64,000 nt of DNA from Rebecca billardiae RCC1528 (lineage: Eukaryota > Protista > Haptophyta), in NCBI GenBank assembly GCA_965240325.2, contig OZ251226.1, forward strand, positions 2,666,001 to 2,730,000, given 5' to 3'. The notes under the pieces were generated by a model that was not told where the DNA came from, searched no databases, and saw only the letters and a list, made by a program, of their open reading frames with translations. This document shows positions 56,425 to 64,000 of the stretch, one piece after another (position 1 is the stretch's first letter; every line of letters starts with the position of its first letter). The position numbers were made by a program, and so were the translations under genes.

Positions 56425-57840
56425 ATGACGGGACGGGCGAGGGCGTCGTCCGCCCTAGTCGCGGCTATGCTGCTCTTGCCCTCCTCAGCCTCGCGACGGT
56501 ACGGCCCGGTGGTGTACAACCGAGCGCGCGTGGCGTACGGGCAGACGTATTGGCTGCATCCGATACCGAGCGTGCGCCGCGCGCACACGAGATGCACCAC
56601 GGATACGATGGACTTGACCGGCGAGCGTCCTGTCTCTCCGGCGGCCGTGCTGGAGGATGTGCTCGCCACTGAGCTCGACACAAATGTCGCCATCGATGGC
56701 GGCGACGTATGGAGCGGCCAGCGCGTCACGAGCCAGGAGCTGCGGGACATCTGCGAGCTTGCGACGAGCACAAGCAAGGCGCGGCCGATCATCGCGCAGT
56801 TCGATCCAACGCGCAATTGGCTGTGGAGGCAGTGGTCAGGGACGATCATCGCGGACGTGTTGCCGCGCGAAGTCCTCTTCAACACGGCGCTCGCGCTCCT
56901 CGTCACATTATTCCTGCGCACACCCAGCCTGCAGTTTGCATGGCGCGCCGAGCTGATCCGCAACCTCGCGAGCGTCGACCAGGTGTGGCTGCTCACCTCG
57001 GGCATCGTATCGTTCACGTTGTCGTTCTTCCTCACGCAGAGCTACAACTTCTTCCGCGAGGTGTACTCCGTCGTGCGCCGCGTGCAGGGCAGGCTGAACG
57101 ACCTCGGGCTGCTCTGCGCCACCTCGGCCGCGCGCGACGAGAACGAGTGCTACACGGAGGAGAGCGAGCAGCTGCTGCTCAACATTGCGCGTTACGTGCG
57201 CCTCTTTACCATCCTACTCTACTCGTCCGTGTCGACGCAGTTCGCGCCCACCGGGACGCCCTCGGGGCTGAAGCAGCTCGTGCTGAACGGCGCGCTCACC
57301 GAGGAGGAGCGCGTAGCACTGCTGCGCTCGTCGACGGGCCACAACGCCGTCTTGGGCTGGATCTCAGCCCTCGTCACGAGGGGGATCGAGAAGGGGCTGC
57401 TGGGCGATGGCGCGACCAGCACAAAGACCGCGCTGCTCGTCACTTTCCACGGCAAGCTGAGCGAGCTGCGCTCGACGTACGCCTCGATCAACGACATGCT
57501 CTGCGGCCGCATGCCGCTCGCGTACGCGCAGCTCGTGCAGATCCTGACGGACCTGCAGATCCTCTTCACGCCACTCGCGCTGATGCACGCCGTCGGCGGC
57601 GTGGGCGCCGTCGTGGGCACGGCGGTCGTGACGCTCTTCAACTCGTCCATCCTCAACCTCGCCAAGCTGCTGCTCGACCCGTTTGGCAACGTCGCGGGGG
57701 TACGCTACGGACGGCAGGCTGGGCTGCATATCTCCGTGTCCACGCTCATCATCGAGACGAACGTCGCCTCGGAGCGCTGGCGCCTGAGCGGCGAGTGGGT
57801 GCCCAGGCGCGCGCGACGCACAGAGGCCGAGAAGCAATGA
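56425..57840 (+). CDS. Bestrophin-like anion channel (bacterial/algal type), probably plastid-targeted
   Basis: FTLSFFLTQSY, VQGRLNDL, RMPLAYAQLV, LLDPFG; four TM segments; N-terminal signal peptide. Confidence 0.8.
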   Translation: MTGRARASSALVAAMLLLPSSASRRYGPVVYNRARVAYGQTYWLHPIPSVRRAHTRCTTDTMDLTGERPVSPAAVLEDVLATELDTNVAIDGGDVWSGQRVTSQELRDICELATSTSKARPIIAQFDPTRNWLWRQWSGTIIADVLPREVLFNTALALLVTLFLRTPSLQFAWRAELIRNLASVDQVWLLTSGIVSFTLSFFLTQSYNFFREVYSVVRRVQGRLNDLGLLCATSAARDENECYTEESEQLLLNIARYVRLFTILLYSSVSTQFAPTGTPSGLKQLVLNGALTEEERVALLRSSTGHNAVLGWISALVTRGIEKGLLGDGATSTKTALLVTFHGKLSELRSTYASINDMLCGRMPLAYAQLVQILTDLQILFTPLALMHAVGGVGAVVGTAVVTLFNSSILNLAKLLLDPFGNVAGVRYGRQAGLHISVSTLIIETNVASERWRLSGEWVPRRARRTEAEKQ

Positions 57841-58137
57841 GAACTGCCGTCAGCCCGTCACACGTGTAACTTACTCAGAGTCTTAGGAGATAGGAATGGC
57901 CACCTGTGCATCCGTGTGGCTGTAGAACTGCTGCCACAGGTCACGATGTTCGATCACGAATTCTATTCAGGTTCGGATTGTTCCAATAAAAAGGTCGGTG
58001 AACTTGCTTCTTAGCGCAGGCCGTTCTCTGATTGGTGCTCCTGGTGCCGAGAGTCATTAGCGCATTTTACCCACGCGCCCACGCGGCCGTCGCGAAGACA
58101 GTAGGACCGCCCGCGCCCGCTGCCCCTTCCTGTCGAC

Positions 58138-59499
58138 ATGCTGTGCATCGTCGCGTCGCTGCTCGCGTGGAGCGGCCCGGCGCCGGCGCCCGCGCGGCGC
58201 TCAGCTCTGCTGCATCACCCGCTCGCGCTCATGTCGGACCCCAACATCTCGCCCGCAGCCGAGGTCGACGCGCCGGTCGAGCACCGCAACGTGCCCCAGG
58301 AGCACCGCGGCCTGCACGACACGCTGTACGGGGACGACGACGACCACGGCGCTTCTTCCGCGAGGTCGGCGAGGTCTTCGGTCGTCGAGATCGACGGCTC
58401 GGCCGAGCCGATGGACGTCGACGCCTTCGCCGCGCTCGTCGACACGGACCGCCCCGTGGCCGCCGTGTACGCGCTGCTCGATGGCTCGTCCACTGTGCGC
58501 TACGTCGGCCGCAGCCGTGACGTGGCGAGCGCGCTGGACACACGGCGCAAGATCTTCCCAGAGGTGGTGCAGCGCGTCCGCGCACAGACCTTCGCCTTCC
58601 CGCGGCGCGAGGCCATGGAGAGCCTCTGCGACGAGTGGATCGGCAGCCTCGACTACAAGCCTGAGGGCAATGACCTGTCGTCGCCCAAGGCGCGGCTGTG
58701 GCAGACGGAGGCGACACCCGCCTCACCAGACCACGAGACGCGCAAGTTCAAGCTGCGCAAGGCGATGGCGGACTCCACGCTCTTCGACGAGGATGACGAC
58801 GACGACCTCTTCGACGACGAGGACCTCGACGACGAGGACATCGAGCGCATGCGCCGCGAGCGGATGCGAGCGGCTGTCGAGCAGGACGACTGGAGCGCGG
58901 AGATCAACGCGCAGGACGCGGAGGTCCGCGGAGCCAGCGCCGCGAGCGTCGTCAGCCCGTTCGCCGCCGACGGCTCCGCCGCCGACGCCGACCAGTCCGC
59001 CGCGCCGCAGCGCGAGCTCACCGTCCAGGCGGTCGATCAAGTGCTCGACGAGGTGCGGCCCTACCTGATCGCCGACGGCGGCAACATCGAGGTGGTGTCC
59101 GTGGACGCGGAGAGCGGCGCTGTGAAGCTCGCGCTGCAGGGCGCGTGCACGAGCTGCCCGAGCGCGAGCGTGACGATGACGGCGGGCGTGGAGAGCACCC
59201 TCAAGCGCGCCTTCCCCTCCATCACGAGCGTCGAGAACGTGGCCGGCGCACCCGCCGCGGCGTCGGAGGACGGCGCGCCCGTGCAGCTCACCATCGATTC
59301 GGTGGAGGAGGCGATCGCGCAGATCCGGCCGGCGATCGAGGGCATGGGCGGATCGCTGCGCGTCCTGGATGCGAGCCCCGACGGGATCGTTCAGGTCGCG
59401 TTCAAGGGCCCCCAGCGCGTGCAGTATGGTGTCGACCTTGCACTCCGCGACAACAAGCTCGTGCGCGATGTGATTTTCACCTCGCCCTCGGACGACTGA
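58138..59499 (+). CDS. Plastid NFU-type Fe-S cluster carrier with an N-terminal GRXS16-like GIY-YIG domain and two NifU-C domains
   Basis: Signal peptide; AVYALLD...RYVGRSRDV...WI...PEGN (GIY-YIG-like); VLDEVRPYLIADGGNIEV...LQGACTSCPSA (CxxC NifU); second degenerate NifU domain IRPAIEGMGG lacking CxxC. Confidence 0.88.
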   Translation: MLCIVASLLAWSGPAPAPARRSALLHHPLALMSDPNISPAAEVDAPVEHRNVPQEHRGLHDTLYGDDDDHGASSARSARSSVVEIDGSAEPMDVDAFAALVDTDRPVAAVYALLDGSSTVRYVGRSRDVASALDTRRKIFPEVVQRVRAQTFAFPRREAMESLCDEWIGSLDYKPEGNDLSSPKARLWQTEATPASPDHETRKFKLRKAMADSTLFDEDDDDDLFDDEDLDDEDIERMRRERMRAAVEQDDWSAEINAQDAEVRGASAASVVSPFAADGSAADADQSAAPQRELTVQAVDQVLDEVRPYLIADGGNIEVVSVDAESGAVKLALQGACTSCPSASVTMTAGVESTLKRAFPSITSVENVAGAPAAASEDGAPVQLTIDSVEEAIAQIRPAIEGMGGSLRVLDASPDGIVQVAFKGPQRVQYGVDLALRDNKLVRDVIFTSPSDD

Positions 59500-59745
59500 G
59501 CACAGACTCCGCACAGAGCAGATCCGCCAAATATCGATCGGCGACACTGTACCCGTCGGACGGTCGTGTAGTGTCTTGCTGATCCAGTGTCTCATGCTGC
59601 AGCAAGCCGCAGCAGCCTGCGCCTCGATCAGAACGCGTACGAGTACTCGACATCTGAGATCTGACTAAGACCGGACGACACTCTTGTAACGAGTTACGTA
59701 CTTATTAGCTACGGTCATAACACCGTAGTCGCGGGACTCATGAGG

Positions 59746-59780
<35 letters not shown>

Positions 59781-59811
59781 TATGTGACGATGATGATGAT
59801 GATGAATTTAA

Positions 59812-59863
<52 letters not shown>
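59746..59863. repeat. Compound microsatellite (TA)n + (GAT)n
   Basis: TA run 59746-59783; GAT runs 59789-59805 and 59812-59863. Confidence 0.95.
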
Positions 59864-60398
59864 TGAATCCGATGGCAATGAATAACAGAATGATTATTGA
59901 CGATGATGAAAGCAGCAGCACTATACTATAGACAGACTGTCTATACCGTAGTAGACGTAGTCCGTAGGCGTAGTTAATAAGTCGATGATAGTAGCAAATT
60001 ACTTAGTATTGTCGGAGTCCGTATTCCGTATAAGTTGCCCGCGTAAGCCGCAGGCTCACGGACACGACTTATTACTAGTTATTACTTCACGAGTCGCGGA
60101 ACTCGAGTGGACGAGTGGCATCACGCACGGACGCACGCTGCCAGAGTCGCCGTCGGAGAGTCGCCGAGTCGGAGTCGCCACGGTCCGGACTCTCCACTTT
60201 CACGACGCGACGACCGAAGCCTCATCATTGTCAGTTGCACGACCGTCCCAGTCGAACAGACGGAGAGGCGTGAGAGTGAGACTCAGACTGAGTAGTGAGT
60301 CGTAGACCGTTTGGTCAAGAGCCTTCACAGTTTATCTCGTCCCATCTCCGGCGCACCAGCACAACCGACGACATAAGGCCGTCCGGCGTTGCGCTCTC

Positions 60399-61920
60399 TC
60401 AACCCTCGTCATGCCTCACGCCTGACACCATCGAGGTGCGCAGCCCGTCATCGTCCCCCTCTGCTCGGAAGATGCGCTGTGCGGCGAGGCTGGGCGTGCG
60501 AGCCCATCGGCGCGCAGGCACGACGCTGCGCTGCCGGCGCAGTACCATCGCACCAACCGTGGCCAAGGCAATGATCAACCCGAGCACGCCAGCCACGGCG
60601 AAGCCGGATGGCGCCACGCCAGGCGAGCCCGAGCCCACGCCGCCGCGAGGCGCCGCGGCACCGCGCAACCGCTGCACGAAGTTGTCTGAGGCCTCCGACT
60701 TGCGCGGCACGTGCGACCACTGCTCCTCAGCCGGGATGTCCTGCAGGCCAGTCACGCTGCCGCTCTGCGCGCCGTGGAGGTAATCGTCGAGCTCGTCGAA
60801 CGTGGGCACCGCGTACGAGCAGCTCGACTCGATGAGGAGCGTGTTCCTCCCGCGCTCAATGCGGAACCAGCCGCCCTCGCCCCAGAACGTGCCCCTGCGC
60901 GAGAGCACCGCGGCGGCGAAGGCGGGCGGAGCGCAGTGCGCGCTCGGGAGAACATTGGCGAATGCGCTGGCCGGGCCGGTCACCTATTCACCCGCTGCCC
61001 TGCCACCAGCTGGCCAGCTGGCTGGCGAGCGCGCGCGTCGCGCGCGCGTGCGCGCACCACGAGTTGCGCGCGACCCAGTACTTCGTGCCGTCCTTCGTCT
61101 CGCCCCACCCCGCGATCTCCACGTCGTGGTTGATGTCGTCCGTCGTCACGTGCGTGTCTGTCACGTACACGCCGCCGTGTTGGCGGGCAATGTCGGTGTA
61201 GCCCGTGTCGAACTCCTCGATCGCGGCGAGCTCGCACACGATGGGCCCACGCGCGTGGATCTCGGTCATCATCGCGTGCTCGCGCTCGGCGTCAGTCATG
61301 TTCATGTCCGTGACCACTGCCCAGGCCGCAATGCCGAATGAGGCGTAGCGCGGCACCGTGAAGCAGCTGGGCGGACCGCCTGAGCCGTCGAGCGCGGGCA
61401 GGCAGTTGGCGCACTGGTGCCGCGCGTCGCACGTGTGGTTGAGCGCCTCGTATGGGAGGCACGTCTCGTCCGGGATGGTGTGGGTGAGCAGCATCCGGTA
61501 GATGTCCTTCTCATCGCCGCCATCGCAGCCGTTGAAGCCGATCGTGACCGAGCCGTCCTCCGCCGACTTGGGCGCGCAGTTGATCAAAAACTGGCGCGCG
61601 AGCATGACGTCGGGGAAGGCGCCGCGGCGTGCGATTTTGAGCCGGTCGTTGAGCATCGCCACGACCGCGTGCACCCAACAGCTCCCGCAGTACACAGGTG
61701 CGTGCTGCTGCACGTCTGCCACCACCCAGTTCACCCCGTCCACGTTGCGCCAGTCAAAGTGCGTGGGCATCTTGCGGATGCTGTGCTTCGAGGAGCCGAG
61801 CCGCGGGAGCGCGGCCTGGATGTGCGCCGGGTCGCCACCGGAGGTGACGCCGGCAAGGTGCGGGTTGCGCACGTGTCCATACGACCTCGCGCCCAGGACG
61901 AGCACCACGATGGCGATCAT
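60399..61920 (-). CDS. Cathepsin Z/X-like papain-family cysteine protease with a C-terminal transmembrane anchor
   Basis: complement(join(60399..60894,61058..61920)). FDWRNVDG, QQHAPVYCGSCW (cathepsin X HIP-type insertion, catalytic Cys), INHDV (His), RNSW|GTFWGEGGWFR (Asn); TM FAVAGVLGLIIALATVGAMVL. Confidence 0.9.
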
Positions 61921-64000
61921 CGCGCGAGGCTTCCTCCGTGCCTCCCGGGGAACTTACAGTCAGACCGTCTGAATCGGCCCCCTCGCTCAGACCGGTCTGA
62001 GCGAGGGCCAGATTCAGACGGTTTTTGGGCCCGCCCCAAGGACTGGCGAGCGCGCTGCGGGACGCGCCTCGCACTGGGGGCGGTGCACACTGCACTCACG
62101 GCGCGCCGCGATGTGTTCGGGCGGTGGATGGGGCTGAATCGGGCGAGAGTGACGGTGCGATCGGCCGCGATGCGTCTGCCATCACCCAGTGAGCTCGTGC
62201 GGTGCCAGCTCGCCCTTCGCTTCGTCGCCACTCGCAATCGCACCAGTCGCGCGCGTCCATGGCTTGCCTTGGGCGCGCTGTGTTCTCGCGCAGTGTGTGC
62301 TTGGCATCAGGGTGCTCGTGGCCGGTGGTTGCCGTCGCAGAGGATCGGAATGTGCGCAGCTACGCTACATCCCAGACACCATGTGCCCGTCCTCGTCGAG
62401 CGTTGGAGAGACACGCGTGTCGCGCATGCTCTCGCGGAAGCAGGCTGCACAGCGGCGCGCGGGCGTGGCTGCGCGCGCATGGTGCACCACACAGCTGCCC
62501 CCGCCATGAGCACCAGCTGTGTACGCACCTCTTCCGTGTTGTCTGATCCGCCAGGCCGCCACGGTGCGGAGACTGCGCGCGTGAGACACCGACAGTCAGC
62601 GGCCACAGCTGACACGGTTGCGTGCGGCAGCAATCTGGCTCACAGCTTTCTCTCGGAAGCGATGGCCACGTCGACCGGCTGGCAACGTCGATCACTCGAT
62701 GCGCTCAGCGATGGCGCGACATCGCTGCCACCTACCGCTGGGGACTCCTCGCGCAATAAAGCCCTCGTTCCTCGTCGGAAGGGCGGGCGCGATCGCTCCG
62801 CGCATCGCTCACGCTGCTCGCATTGCTCACGGCCACGCTTGCGCTCACGCTCGCGACATCGGCCGCGCCACCGCCCGTGGTCGTACTCTCGGTCACCACC
62901 GCCGTGGTGGTTTCGGGTGCTTACGTTTGACCTGGTCTACCGTGCGCCGGCAGCCGCCAGGCGAGTGCATTGGCCTCCGGCCGGCAGGGCGGCCGTTCTC
63001 GCTCTGCGAGTGCGCGCGCTGGCGCGAACTGCTTCGGCACGCATGCCCGGCGTCCTGATTCAGACGGCAAGTGCATCTACATCCGCCCGACACGCCGCCC
63101 ACTGAGCGCCAGGCGCCGGACCGATGGTGCTATTGCTGCAGCTGGGCGGATCAGGTGCCGAGCTTCTGACGCTGTGCACGTTGCGAAACCCACCGCCATT
63201 GCCGCACCCGTCCGCATGCGCATCGGACGGCGCTGCTTGAGGCGCTGCCGTCAGGCGCGCGGCGGGCGGCCTCCGCCCTCGGCACCGCCGCCGAAGTGCG
63301 AGACGCGGAAGCGGCTGTCTCGCCCACGTACAGCGCTGCTCTGCGCGCCGCGCGGGACACGCCCACCACGCCCGGTTCGTGCAAACTCCCGAGGCTCCGA
63401 GCGCCGACGCTGTATGTGACGAGTGGAGCCCTGCTGCACGGCTTCATCCGGTTGCCACATTAAGCCTTGACCACCTGCCACATTAAGGTGGCACCTCCGG
63501 AACAGACGGCGGGAGGCAAGATGGCGAAGAAACAGCCCCGGCGTCGCGCTCGCTCGAGGCTCGGAGGCCCGTGCGAGCCGGCGGGGGCTCGAGCGGCACG
63601 GGACGCACGTCGGGCGGGCAGAACATGCACGCGGGCTTTCCGAACCGCTCGCCGACGGCCTCGCTCCGCCGCTTCTCGCGCTCGCGAGCTGTGTCCGTGC
63701 GCACGCGGTGGGCGGGCGTCGCGCAGCTCGACGCGAGGCGTCCACGGCGGAGGTTGGGGCCAGCTGGGCGCTCGAACGGCCTCGACGTGCGGGGCCGGTC
63801 ATGTACGTGCGCGCGCGCGCGCCGGAGCCGTCTGGCAGCCTTGTGGCTGTGCTGCGAGAACGACGTCACACCCGGGCGGCACGACGAGGTCTGCTCGGGC
63901 CGTCTGTGCATGCATGTGCGCGAGGCGTGGGCGGGCTCACGATGGCGGGGCGCGTTGGTCGAAGGTGCGCCATGGTCGTCGGCGCCGGCTAGGTGCCGTC

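Noticed and set aside
61950-64000. Coding gene in the last 2 kb (ORF 61417..63105+ and others)
   Set aside because: No recognisable motifs or consistent codon bias; it may hold a decayed gene or the 5' end of a gene outside the window, but this cannot be supported.
1-64000. tRNA, rRNA or snRNA genes, telomeric repeats, transposase/RT ORFs
   Set aside because: None recognised by eye; tRNAscan/Infernal would be needed to exclude small RNAs.

Overview
Gene-dense, very GC-rich eukaryotic nuclear DNA, not prokaryotic. It has short GT(GCG)...GCAG spliceosomal introns, flagellar IFT88, ER-signal plus transit-peptide plastid presequences and a Sec-decoding selenoprotein, which together point to an alga with a secondary plastid, most plausibly a haptophyte (Pavlovales-like; the taxon is an inference). 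I can support about 28 protein-coding genes, and I checked the introns by hand for reading-frame continuity. 22 of the genes sit in 11 tight head-to-head pairs. Housekeeping genes include PFK, SUCLG1, IFT88, SYF2, an RBM22/Slt11-like protein, SHMT, HDAC1/RPD3, Obg, cathepsin Z, a bestrophin, NFU, a METTL21-like methyltransferase, FUN14 and SEC14. Highlights: (1) a protein with 3-4 tandem La motifs fused to a CCR4/Angel-type EEP nuclease, divergently paired with a second EEP gene that the ORF track missed; (2) selenoprotein O with an in-frame UGA (…VLT-U-SS*) and a hand-foldable, atypical SECIS; (3) a MYND - nucleotidyltransferase - coiled-coil - RING fusion directly upstream of SelO; (4) a multi-pass membrane protein with a C-terminal TIR-like domain; (5) a 941-bp TIR-bounded non-autonomous element whose empty site survives in an adjacent tandem duplication; (6) an IF1-like protein with a mitochondrial-type presequence. 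All domain calls come from motif recognition by eye, not database searches.
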